Shown here: one piece after another, positions 1 to 13,253 of the stretch | How the letters are laid out: each line of letters opens with the position of its first letter | Numbering within the stretch: position 1 is the stretch's first letter | Origin: Auanema rhodensis | Taxonomy: Eukaryota > Animalia > Nematoda | Assembly (NCBI GenBank): GCA_964057225.1 | Contig: OZ059894.1 | Location: forward strand, 13,888,001-13,952,000 | Direction of reading: 5' to 3' | DNA length: 64,000 bases | The notes under the pieces: model-generated | Seen by the model: only the letters and a program-made list of their open reading frames with translations | Told to the model about the DNA's origin: nothing | Database searches by the model: none | Translations under genes and position numbers: made by a program

Positions 1-3000
1 CATGAATTTCATGAGTTTCATCAAGACTTCAGAAATAATCTTTTGATAGAATGTTAGGAGTACACTAAATGTCTATATTTCATTTGAATTGGAGAATTTG
101 GTTGTACGTTAACCAAGTTTTCATCATAGATATTCAGTATGTATATTTGTATATTTTTTACTATATCATATTACATTATTATTATAATAATGTGATGAAT
201 ATTTCCTATTAATACAATAAATAGCAAAATGACTCTATGATGTATGATGTACTTGAGAACATATTATATATAAATTATTTATATTATATGTATATGTATG
301 TATAACATTGTATTTAGTATATTATATTATATAAATATAATTCCAATACAATACAATTTAATTACCATTTTATATTAATTTATATTATTTTTTTAAAACT
401 TTTATACAGAAAAAATAGTATATAGTTTCTTTAACTATAACTACATATGTATATACATTATTACAACTTTAATGCTTCCTTTAACAGGACAAAATATTAT
501 TCAAAAATTTGCATAAATCCACAATAAAGCTTCAAAACTTGGTTTTAAACTTGAGCCTGTAGAACCTGTCGGTTTCAAACACTGAACTTTTAGAACCCTA
601 CCATCCGGTTTGCACATCCATAAGAGAAGGGTAAACAAGAAAAGCTTTCCAACCAATCTAAATTCTAAATGTCAGTTGTCCAGTAAAAATTAAAGTTTTA
701 CTCGTTAATTGAAATATATTTTGGAATTTTTTATTAAAATAATTGAATAATATTTTTTATTGATTAATTTATTTATAATATAAATAGAATAAATATTTAT
801 ACTGTTTTTATAATTTTTTATATCAACTTAATTATAATTTTTTTTATTTAACTTTGATTCAAAAAAAAATTTAAATCAATTTATAACAGATTAATTAAGA
901 AATGGATGATTTTCGTTGAAGCTTGTACTTAATCAAAAGAACTGTTTATTTGGTTTTTTTTTGAAAATTAGCTTTTATTTTTCTTCAAAGCAATCAACAA
1001 ATTACGTATTACAAATGACAATTACACTTTTTTTTGAAATAGAAAATTCAACAAATGGTAATCGTGATGATATTCTTAACAGAATAACAAAAAAAAGACG
1101 GAAATTCAAGTTCAATGACGTTAAATGTAAATCTTGATAGTATGGGCTCAATGGAAGTCATAGTTTCTTGTTGTCAGCTGTTCTTTTCTTTTTCTCATCT
1201 TTTTCATTCATATGCCTTTTTTTCATTTTTTTCTTTCCTCTTGTCCATTCTTTTCTTTTTTTTTAAACAACAACGAGCGTAAGAGCATTTGAAAACACTT
1301 GAAATTTTCCTAAAAAAAAGATATTATCATAACTAGAATAGGTTTAATATCAATTTATGTATAAATTCAATATATATCTCTCTCTATATATATATATAAA
1401 TGAATATTACTTTTATATTCTAATAATATTTAATTTAAAATTATATATTTTAAACAAATATATAATAAATTTTATAATAAAAAATAATATATGTATATGT
1501 ATAGTATTATAGTATTCAGTTATACATATACAGATATATACACAAAGATTGCTTAGATATATACTATAATCATTATAAAAATATTTTTTATTATTTTTTG
1601 TATATATTATAATAAACTATTTTATATATTAATTTAATAAATTTATAAATTCTATATTCTTTTACCTTCTAGCTCTTCCCTAACTAACAACAAGGTCATA
1701 CACTTTAAAACGTTTCCGTAGAGCAAAATCAAACCTGCAGTTAACAATTCGTTTCAATTGTATTAGTTAACTTTCAAAAAAATTTGTTGAAAAGAAAGAA
1801 GAAACATTTCCTTGTCTTCAATAAATAGAAAAATGAATTTCTTGTTTTGTATAAGTTGAATATATCAAATAGATTAGATAGATAAAGCCTACTTCCTTAT
1901 GTAACAACTTTTTTCATTTTTATCACTTTTCCTATTTCTATATCTATTTAATTTTCTTTTTTTCAGAGTTTTTATCTTCTTCTTCTTCTTCTTCTTTCTT
2001 ATCTTATTCCTAATTTATTTTTTTTTGAGACTAGTAAGACTCGTCCCTACAAAATACTTCCTTACATCTCATCAATGTTGCTCTTTTTCATGCTTTGCAA
2101 TTTCCAAAAGTTAAACTTCATCTTTAAGCAGGAAAAAGTTTTGAAATACTTTAAGACTTGGTGCATCCTTTTCCTTTTCTAATAGTTTTATAATTAATTT
2201 TAAGTATATTCTATTGTTTGTTTAATTTAATTTTAATTATATACATATAGATATTTGAAAATTTAATATTATTTAATCCTTGAACTAAATATACACACAT
2301 ATATATATATATCAATCACTTTATTTGACATAAAGAAAAAACAACAAAAAATGAGAAAAGGAGATGACTGAATCGGATAAACAATCTATAAACTAACAAT
2401 TAAAATTCCTCGAGGATTTCAGAATTTTCAACTATGCTAGCCAAAACAATGAGTCCATTAATCATTTTAGTTTCTTCAAATCTATTTAGGTTTCATGAAG
2501 TTATATGTAGTTGAACTCAAAATTCTTACAAGAGTGTTACCCATTTTTACAAATTTTCTGAGAAAAAAAAAAGACAAATCGAAGATACATGTACGTATGA
2601 AGTATAAACATATTTCTATACAGATACATATAGTATACATCTCCTGTTTAAAAAATCTTTTTTCATTTATAAATTTCATTTTATTTTTCGTTTTTTAAAT
2701 GATTTTTGTTGATATAACCACATTTTTTTTGATCTATTGAAAGGCAGTAAGATTTGTTGTTTTTTTTTTACTTCAATTTCATTTTTTATATATTTTTAGT
2801 TTGATTTGACATATAATAATTCTTTGTTCTTTTCTAATATTTAAATTTAACAAATATCATCTGCACATCGGACAGTTTTCTATTTCTAACAGGTGAATCG
2901 AACACGGTAACAATTTTCTTGAGAGCAATAACCAAGCATCTTCTACAGATAACTATAATTTTTCTGATATAATCTTTTCTTTGAAAATAAGAATGAATAT

Positions 3001-6000
3001 ATACTATATGTATATAATAAAATCTAAATATATCAAACTTTGTTTTTTTTTGGGAAAAAATATTTTAATAAATATCTTTTGAGCTGTTCTATTCATAGGT
3101 CCATCTTCTTTCAAAATCTTCAAATGCACACAACTTTTTTTTATTTTATTAACTCTTTTTGAGACTATTTGTTTGAAAAAATAAAAAAATAAAATAAAAA
3201 AGTGTTTGAGTTAAAATAAACTATATAGTATATAGTTCTTATTTTTAATAAACTATATAATATTATTATGATGAATCATTTGATATTATGATGTTATTCA
3301 ACAAATCTTATGTATGTACCTATCTTAAATCTAAACTAAATATTCTTTATTTTGTTGATATTTTATAAAAATACAATAATATTTTTAAAGAAAAAAGAAG
3401 TAATATCATCATAGTTTTTTTTAGAAAAATTGCTTTTTCTTCTAACAAAATACAAAACAAATTGAATTAAACTCATAAAAGCTTTAACTTCCTATTGTAT
3501 TTTCACATACATATGCATGTCTCTTCTCTATGCTATGTTAGATTAGAAATTAGGTTTAAAAAAAGTTTTCTTCTTCTTTTACTTCTCTTTCTACAGCTTT
3601 AGCTACTACAATAGATAAACATGCTGCTCAATAGGCTTGAACTGCTACTTTCCCTTTCTGTTGTGGTGATTCATGCGATCACGTAAACATTTTTTTTAAA
3701 AGCTGTCAAGAAAGTGACGGTTTGGGATGTAGAAGAATTCAATTCTGATTAAGTGAAAGCGTTGAAACAATATTCTAATTTCAAGTTGTTCAAGAGTAAA
3801 AACATTTCTTTTGACGAATTCGGGTAAGTTGATGGAAATCCTCAATTTTTCAAGCCATTTTCTGATGTGTATATGTATGGATGTTAACGGAGTCATTGTT
3901 TTTTCAAAAGAATTTTTAAATATTTTCTCTTTTTTTTTTAAAATATGAAAAAAATGAATTTTTTTTTCATATTTTTCTTTGTTTTATATAACATCTCAAC
4001 TAGGGTCGAAAACTTAAGTATGTAAATCTAGTAAGACTATACTGTCACATTGTTTTTCTCATCCCTTATGATCAACTGCCTACTTTTCTCCAGTTCCTTC
4101 TCTATTTGTTTCTCTACTTTTGTCAATTTCTCTCTCTAATAACCAACATTTCTTTATCTCCTTGCCATTGAAAAAAATTTTTTTTCACTAATTTCCTCTT
4201 TCAGTTCTTTCTGACTTCGAGAAAAATTTAAATCTGCAGCTTACAGCATGATTCTTCAAGATGGAATCTATTCTTTCAATCCCATTCACTTGCAATTATT
4301 CTTATAATTCTATTTATTAAAGTTCTAGACAACATTGTTATAAATCAAAATATTTTTCTTTCTTCTCTATCTATTCTTCGTTTATGAAAAAAGTTTTTTT
4401 TATCAAAAATTTTATATATTTGAAACGATTATAAAATAAAAAATATTTATGTGAATTATTATAAATAGTTATACTAACTATATTAAAACTTATTCGCTTT
4501 TGATATTTTATTTTCATGTTTTATCATAAACATTGAACAAACTTCTTCTTCTATTTCAATTTCAATAAGGAAGGTTATTTTAACTATTCATAATCTGACG
4601 ATGATTGATGATTGTTTTAACTTTTAGTTTTTGAAAATAAAATATATTTTAAACAAGAAAAGAATGCTAAATTACTCAAGTCTTTTTCAATAAATGTGAT
4701 TGTTGAAAAGTTCAAATGCATGGATGATTATAGAGAGAAGAAAGATAGAACTAGAAATGTGAAAGAGGGTTGAACGGATCAGAAAATAGAGAGGAAGCTT
4801 TGAAAAATGAGATGCACAACCGTTCTCATTGATGAAATTAAATAAAATGACTTTTCAGTCATGACTTCTATGGATTACGTGACAATACTTTCACGTGACC
4901 AATTCACAGTGTATATCCAACTTCACGTTTTTGAATATGTAATTCCTTACCTATACACGTTCATATTTCACCATAATATACCGAACATATTATGTATTTC
5001 GTATATTTTTAATCATAGATTAATCAAAATATTATAAATATATATATATATATAAAGTTAAAAGAAGGAAGAGGGGGTAGGGAAGTTAAATTATTTCGCA
5101 ATTTAAAGCTTAAATCATCGACCCGATTATGAGCTTTTGCTTTCCAAACCGGAACATATATCTCATATCCGGTTACATTCGGCAACTTTTGATTTGAAAT
5201 TCAATATAAGATAGCTGTATGTCCATATTTAGTCAAGTTCAGCTGATCCACATCAAGCTCAATTTACATGAATGTTTCAAATTTAAAAGAAAAAAATGTT
5301 TTTCGTAACTCGAAGATTCTTTTTTTCTTTAAAAAGTTAAAACGTTGGTTTATTTGCTTTTTGATTTGTTATAGATTCTAGCTAAAACTCTATTATTAAC
5401 AGTTTGTTCTTTCATTCTTTTCTTCTGATATATCATTCTCTCACTCACCGTGTCTTCATAAATACTATATTTTGCTAATATTATAAACTATTCTATACTT
5501 AAATTCTTATAAATTATATTATAAAATTTTAAATCAAACTTACAGCTTGTCACATAAAACTTGCAATATAAATATTTTTATTTATGAAAATTTTTTAAAT
5601 TTTCTACCAATAAATCATATTATTTCAAATTTTTTTGTAATTATATCCATTCTGTTGTATGGCTGTTATGTACATGAATTCTTAGTTTACTAGAATTCAC
5701 ATAAATCTCTTGTGTTTCCAATTATTTTCACGAATATTCAGAGAATAAATTTTAATTTTCGGATAGTTTCCATCTTTAGAATATGCGTATTCTCTTTTTT
5801 TTCAGAGAAATATGTCTTTCGAATCGCATGATTTCAATAGTTTCTCAGAAATTCGGCTTCAAAAAGTTTTTCATAGCTGAATATACAAGCGTTATATAAT
5901 CAATATAACTTATGTCAAAAGATGTTTTTTTTCTATTCTCTTCCTTATAAGTTTAATGTTTTCACAAAGGAATTCAGAAAATAAATATTTTTGATTGTTC

Positions 6001-6189
6001 AAGATGCAGCAAAATCATTTATACATAACTTGTCAAATGTAAGATTTCATTTGCAACATGTATACTATGTGGGTGTTTATCCATACTATCTTCAATTCAT
6101 ATATAGCTTTTTTCTTCAAAATTTGTGGTTTATCATTATAAATTATAGAATTATCATTTTATCTTCCTCAAATATTAAACAAAGTTAGA

Positions 6190-6194
<5 letters not shown>

Positions 6195-6238
<44 letters not shown>

Positions 6239-6243
6239 CAGAG
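6195..6243. repeat. (GA)n microsatellite
   Basis: Directly visible GA run with GACA variants at the end. Confidence 0.95.
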
Positions 6244-9200
6244 AAATATTGAAAAAAAAGTTTTTTTTTTTCCAAAAAATAAAATATTGTCGTCACATAA
6301 CTGGGTTCACTGACAATCAACAGAATAGCCGTCATCCGTGACTGCTGAGGTCGTTTATATGGCATATTGCAATCCATCTTACCTAGTAGGCTTGAACTAT
6401 TTTAGATAATACGTACATGCAAAACGTTATTTCAATATTTCCAAAAAAATTTAAATGTTGTCAAACCTTTTTTCATCAATTTGTCATTAATTCTATCATC
6501 AATCATGATTATTTCATGTTTTGTTTATTGAAGAAGCTCTTACTTATTCAAGCTTTTTCACTGAAACTGCTGCCCCCAACACCGCCCCACCCTTCACTCC
6601 CTCTACCAGCAGTAACATCATCAACCACATCATTCTCTCATTCTTTCTCTTTTCTATCTCAATTAGTCGGTCCTTACTTAATTGTTACTCTTCTCAGAAT
6701 ATGCTTTCATGAATTTCTCTTATATCTCTCTATCAATCTTTGTATTTCTTGACTCACATTCACTGATTTCTTCTAATTCAGGAAAATAATTTTAATATTG
6801 CTCATTGTCTTTAGAAATGCTTGAATCTTCCAACTCTTTGTATACATAAGTGTAAATCTTCAATATATATCTATATATATATATATACTATATATCTCTA
6901 TATCTCTATGTATATATAGAATATATAAATTTGATTTTATGATGTTCATTTATTAATTAATATTACCAAGAATATATACATACATCTGAGTATATGTATA
7001 TATTATATATATATATATATGTTCTTTGGCATTTTTCATTCCATATTTTTCATTTTTTCAAACAAATCTACATCTTCTTCTCCTTTTTTTTGATTTTTCA
7101 TTAATTTTATTGTTTCAAGCTGTCCTGATCATCTTTATCATATACATTATAATTATTTCATTTATTATTTCTATTTATATACAATAAGAAATCTATTTAT
7201 TCACAGTTTTTGTGAATATTAATCAAAACAATTCTTCTTTATTCTTTCTTTTTTTTTAATTTTTAAATAAAAATATTTTCTTTCATCTTATACATATACA
7301 TACATACATACATATCCTTCATCACATCATTTTATTCTTTTTTTTTGTTGATATTTTTTTCTATTTATAGTAATATTTCTTATAATATATTTAGAAATGA
7401 AATTGAATACTCTATAAGAATTATAAAATAGATTTTTTATATATTTTTTGATATTTATATTGATAGTTGAATAGAGATACATATGTATATATGTATATTG
7501 TTATCATAAATCTTAATTTCACAAAATTTGACATACAATAAGCTCTTACTCATCATTAACTTCGATTTTAATATTAATTAATCCTTTTTTCATACAAATA
7601 AATAAGTTTACTTATATAAATATTTATTTATTCATTCGTATAATTTAGAAATCAGTAATAGAATATAAAATTATATGTTTTATCATGAGGCTTCTCAAGT
7701 TCTCTTCTTTTTTTTTGTAAAATCTGAGACAAAGTTCAATTGAATGATAGCATATACTAATCTTTCTCTATATTTTATCTAATATCTTCAATGTATTCAT
7801 GTTTTTTTTATTCAAACCTTTCATCTTCCAGACAAAGTGATATTCTCAAATTTTGCACAATAAAATAGAAAGAATCAAAGTATTAAAGATCAGAGCTTAA
7901 TGACGGAAAATTAAAAAAACACATCAGACAAGTTAAAAAAGTATTTTTTTTCACTTATATACATATAGATACATATATATGTGTATATATAGATAGATAA
8001 GTATAATAATAACGTATTTTTCTTTATTTGTATTTATTTTATTTGTTTACAACAGACATACGCATATTCATTTTCAACTTTGAAATGACAATGAAAGAAA
8101 CAATGAACTAATTGTTTAAATGATGTATGTATATTTACTTTTCTTTTAAAAAAAGAAAAATATTTCATTTTTTAAAGATACATTATTGGAAAGTAACTGT
8201 TTCTTTTAAATCATTTGTACAACAATTATATTAGAAGTTTTAATATGAAATCTTTTCTAAATAAATGGCTTCATACATACATGTATGTATGTATCTCTCA
8301 ATATTCTAATAAAAATCAAATTGCTTTTTATCTTTTCATCTACATATATCTCATGTTCTATTCTTCTATTTCTCTATATATCTTGCTTTCCTTTATAATA
8401 GAAGTATACGGTTCAATGAACTCTCATCTTTATATAATGAATATCCGAATATTTTTCTTTTAAATATTTAAAAAAAAAAAATTTTCTTTAGTTCCTTTAA
8501 AACTTCTTCATTTTTTGATCATTTCATTCTAATTTTAAGGCTTTAACGCAAAAATATATTGAATTGCTTTTTGCTAGCTTAAAAGACAATGTGATTACCA
8601 TCATTCGTACTCGTTAGCATATATTTCTGGATTTTCTTCTATTCCATTTTACTTGTTTCAGATACTTTTTATAGCAGAAAAATCTCATTGTAAAAAAGAT
8701 AAGAATATGTAGAAATAATTCAAAATTACTCAGATTATATAGTTTATTCAATGAAATTGAAACTAAAAACAAATGAAGTTGTTGAATCATGTGTTCTCTC
8801 AATGATGTTCGGTAGAGAGAAAGATTAAAAAGAAAAAACACGTACATGAAAAGCAATGTAAAGGAAATCCCAAGTTTCAGCTTAATATGTCTGCTCTTTA
8901 GTTCCTATTATTCAAACTTTAAAGAATATTTTGAATAATATTGAGAATATTGATGTCTAGTACAATCTCATTCATAATCAAAAGTTTATAATTACATCAT
9001 CAAACATAAATAAACCTTAAGCTACACCATACATACATACATACATGTCATCATCTCATAAATCATTAACTATATGAATATTTGATTTATAAAATAATTT
9101 TGAATGTATTGTTTGAAATATGTTGAACTACATAGAACTTATTTCGAAACATATTTTTTTCTTTTAACAATTATTATTCATATGATATGATAATCCATCA

Positions 9201-10668
9201 TTTTATTTAATCTCTACTATATTCATGTTTATGATGAATCCAGATTATATAATATGATATACTATATGATATACTATATATAGAATAAATCATTTAAAAA
9301 TTATCTTATTCATCAATACTTTTTGTTGTCAATTATTTTTTTATTTAATTAAAGTAATTAACATTTCTTTTATTTTCACAGACATTCAATAGAAAAATAA
9401 CTTATGTCTGTGAATATATGATTCAAATGACTATGCTTATATACGTATGTATAGATATAACTATATCTATCTAGTTATCTAGCTATATATATATGATATT
9501 TTCTTTTTCTAATTTATATAAAAAGATTTATCCAAAAGTTTATATGAATCTAAACAACATTCATGAACAAATTTTTATTTTGTTTTTGTTTATTGATCGT
9601 ATCTGTCCACTTACTTCCAACATGTAGTACCTACAAACTTATCTTCTCAAGCTTTTCCAATTTATCCCTTTCAATCATTTTTTTCTCTCTTAATTTATCT
9701 TTCTACATCTCTTTCTTCCCTAATTCTTTTTTCTTTTTTTCACTTCTATGCTATTTCAAATTTTATTCTGTCATGTAATAACAAGCAGAAGTTTGTTCAC
9801 TCATTTTGTTGTTTTCACCTAAGAAAATACATCAACTTAATGTTTTTTTTCCTTTTACTCATAATTCAGGACAATCTTTTCTTTTTCTTTTTTCTTTTTA
9901 TTCCTTTTGCTCTCTTTTTTTCTCGTTTTTGACTAAAAGATCTGATTGTCATCCGTGCTCAGACCTATTATTCAGATATCACGTGAATCATTACCGTCAA
10001 CTTACGTGAACAGAAGCAAATTGTTGCAAATCATTCATTGCGGAGCAGCAGGGTGGAACGGTTGAGTATATCTCCTTTATTTGCATTTAAGTCGTTAACC
10101 CACCTACCTCAGCTTCATCCTCCCTCTTTCTCTTAATTCATTTTTCTCTTTTTATTTCCTCTTAATATACATCTCGACCTTATCCAATTATATAATCTAT
10201 CATCGTGTTATCATTGTATTGTTCTCCTCTTATATCTCTTAACTATATAATTTATGCATTAAAATGCTTTGCTATTTCTATATTTTCTTCATAAATCATT
10301 GCAATACAATAACTTTGAAATGTAAAATTGTTCATTTGTACATCTTTTATCGTTCGCCGTTCCCAAAATCCAAATATTCAATTACCTTCAACTACAATCC
10401 TCAAAATAACAATTTGGTCTTCGTTTCAGTTCCCCAATCTTGCTATATGTTTTGTTTTATTTTCTGCTGTTTTATTCTGAACATTCATTTGTCTTTATAT
10501 ATATATATATATTTTAGTTTTATAAAAGCACATAGTATATAGACTTCATATAATTCTCCGGATGTTCTTTACACATATACATGTACATACATGTACATAT
10601 ATAATATAAGTTAGATACAATTATATATATATTATTGTATATAACTTATATTATATATGCATATCCAC

Positions 10669-10693
10669 ATATATATATATATATATATATATA
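10669..10693. repeat. (TA)n microsatellite
   Basis: Directly visible. Confidence 0.9.
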
Positions 10694-10860
10694 GTTAGAT
10701 AGTTTAAATGTATATCTTAATTGCTCTTTAACTGTAGACTTTTATGTGTTTCATACTCTACTCATTTACCTATTATTTTACATTTTCTTTCCACAATTTA
10801 ATGAGCTAAACAACAACGTTTACAACATTAAAATCTTTTTTTTTTCTTTTCAAAAATGTT

Positions 10861-10864
<4 letters not shown>

Positions 10865-10901
<37 letters not shown>
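10865..10901. repeat. (CT)n microsatellite
   Basis: Directly visible. Confidence 0.95.
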
Positions 10902-10905
<4 letters not shown>

Positions 10906-11662
10906 ACTAGACATTTTTTTCTCATTATTTGAGTATTTTGTGTTCTCACTTTCAGCCATATGATCAATTCTCATTCCATCTCATTTCATCTAACTAACTT
11001 TCATCATCATGTTCTAATAAAAATAATTTATAATATAAAATATATAATATATATTTTATAAAAATTGTTTTATTTATTTTTTTAACATCTGATATTTATT
11101 TTATTTTTAATACGGATAAGTATGAACGGATTTCTTTTTTTTTACTAACATAGATCATGTTCATATATTAAATCTTTTTTATAACACCCACATAAGCATA
11201 TGATGTATATTAATATCTTAAGATTAGAGTTTAAAATATAAAAATCATAGAACTATAATTCTTATTTCAAATATATAATCATTTGTTTTTTGGTGTTATG
11301 ATATATTTATTTATTTATTTATATAACTTTTAGTTTTCCAAAATTCTACAATTAATTAATTTGCTTTGATATTCAGCTCAACTCATTCCCAAGGTTGCAA
11401 TCTCATCAAATGATTACCTAATGTCTCAAAGTTCATTTTTCATTCATTTTCTTGTTCTGTTTCTTAGTCTCTTCTGTTCGTTAAAGTATCCTGAATTCTG
11501 TTTTCACATGTCCTCTATGCCAATCTAACCATCTTCTTCAATTTCAACGTCAAAATTCTGTTGTCAGCTTCTAGAGATTACTTTAACTAACCTTTTCATT
11601 GTTCCGTCTTCATTCTTAAAATTATTGTTTTTATTATTATCTTTAACAATCATATTACAGAA

Positions 11663-13253
11663 ATGACAGAAAGTTCACCAGAAGAAGCAGCTTGTAAAAT
11701 ATTTGTTGATGAGGTTATTCATACTAAAAATAAATTTTCTTTTTCAATTTTTTCATTTTAGGTATATGATCCATCTACAGAAAAACATGTTACAATAGCT
11801 TTCTTCATCATATACAGTTTTCAATTTGTTATGGGTTTTATTGGAAATACAGCTGTTCTTTTCTTAACTTTGAGAAACCAACGACTTCAAACAGTACAAG
11901 TATTATATATAATTAATTATATTATTATAATTATAATAAATTACAGAATTTATTTATGGTTAATTTGGCTGTAGCTGATTTGGTAGTGTGTTTATTTTCA
12001 TTACCTATTACTCCAATAACAAATATATATAAAAATTGGTATTTTGGAGAAAAAATGTGTCATTCCTTGTCGTGGATACAGGTAAACTTATAAATATATA
12101 GTATAGTATAGTATAAATAGTATAATTATATATATATTCTTTTAAAATTTATATTTCTACTTATAGGGAACCAGTGTTCTCATAGCAGCATTCTCTCTAT
12201 GTACAATAGCTGTAGATCGTTATTGCATGATTGTAAAGCCACATTGGAAACGGCTTTCACGAGAGGTAAATTCATATAAAAGCAAGAAAAACAATAAATA
12301 AATTTATCTTTTTCATTTACAGAATGCTCGTTATGTTATGATTTTTCTTTGGGTTCTCTCAGCAATTGTTACATTACCTTATTCGTGGTATATGAAAGTT
12401 ATTGAATATGAAGGATTATGTGGCACATTTTGTACAGAAGAATGGCCAGATGATAAATTACGAAGGTATATTTAACTTATTTATTATTTATAATATTATA
12501 ATATATTTAAAGATCATATACAATATTTGTATTGTGTACACAGTTTTTTGTTCCATTTTCTGTCATGTTCTTCTGTTATTACAAGATTTTTGCTCAATTA
12601 AGAAAGCGAACAAGGGCCAAACTCAAGTAAGACTACTTTTCTTTTTTTTAAAATTTGAATTTCAATGTTCTTCTCTATTTGCTGATTGATATCTTTAGAA
12701 AACTGAATGATCGTTCACTTATTTTGGCCGCATCAATGCCCATCATGAGCACAATGATTAAACGAATGCCAAATCAGACACAAGAAGTTGAACAGGTAAA
12801 TATATAGTATTATAAGATATTTATAAATAATATATTCAATGATTATAGTGTCGAAAAAAATGTGAACTACTAGCTCAAACTCGTAAAAATACATTGGTAC
12901 TTGTATCTATGGTTGTTGTGTTTGGAGCAAGCTGTTTTCCACATAACGCAGCTTCTGTAGCTCTTGAATTCACTGATGGAAATGTTTTTCTTAGTGAAGA
13001 CGGATTGAAAGATTATTCATATTTAATAAGTCTTGTTACTCATAGGTATATACTATATATATATATATAATTATATTAATTATTTTTTAATTTCAGCATA
13101 TCAATGATGAATTGTGTTGCAAATCCAATTCTCTATGGTCTTCTCAATCCCAGTTTCGTAGAAATATTTCGAAAAACATGTGCTGATTTGAAGGATTCAT
13201 TTCATCGTCTAAAACGATTAGAAACAGTCAATTCAAATAGTACAATGGTATAA
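11663..13253 (+). CDS. Class A neuropeptide GPCR, NPY/NPF-receptor-like (C. elegans npr-5/npr-13 group), 9 exons
   Basis: Exons ~11663-11713, 11762-11899, 11947-12081, 12167-12265, 12322-12465, 12513-12626, 12699-12795, 12849-13045 and 13097-13253 splice in frame with GT-AG. The product has GN (TM1), NLAVADL (TM2), LPITPITNIYKNWYFG, DRY, CTEEWP (ECL2 Cys), F-x5-P in TM6 and NPILY. TTACAG acceptor lies 2 nt before the ATG. Confidence 0.95.

Noticed and set aside
1-57. Open frame HEFHEFHQDFRNNLLIEC* at the window edge
   Set aside because: Could be the end of an upstream gene but is too short to support without flanking sequence.
3621-3830. Signal-peptide-like MLLNRLELLLSLSVVVIHAIT and an exon-like segment ending GG|GTAAGT
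   Set aside because: Internal stop and no consistent acceptors or downstream exons could be built.
6342-6389. Hairpin containing UGAGGUCG as a second let-7-like miRNA
   Set aside because: Seed mismatch and a large asymmetric internal loop.
916-10542. Numerous 60-110 aa ORFs in the supplied track (also throughout 14600-22900, 29500-37100 and 53300-56300)
   Set aside because: F/L/I/Y/S-rich translations of AT-rich or microsatellite DNA, often with TTG/GTG starts, with no splice-consistent gene structure or recognisable motif.
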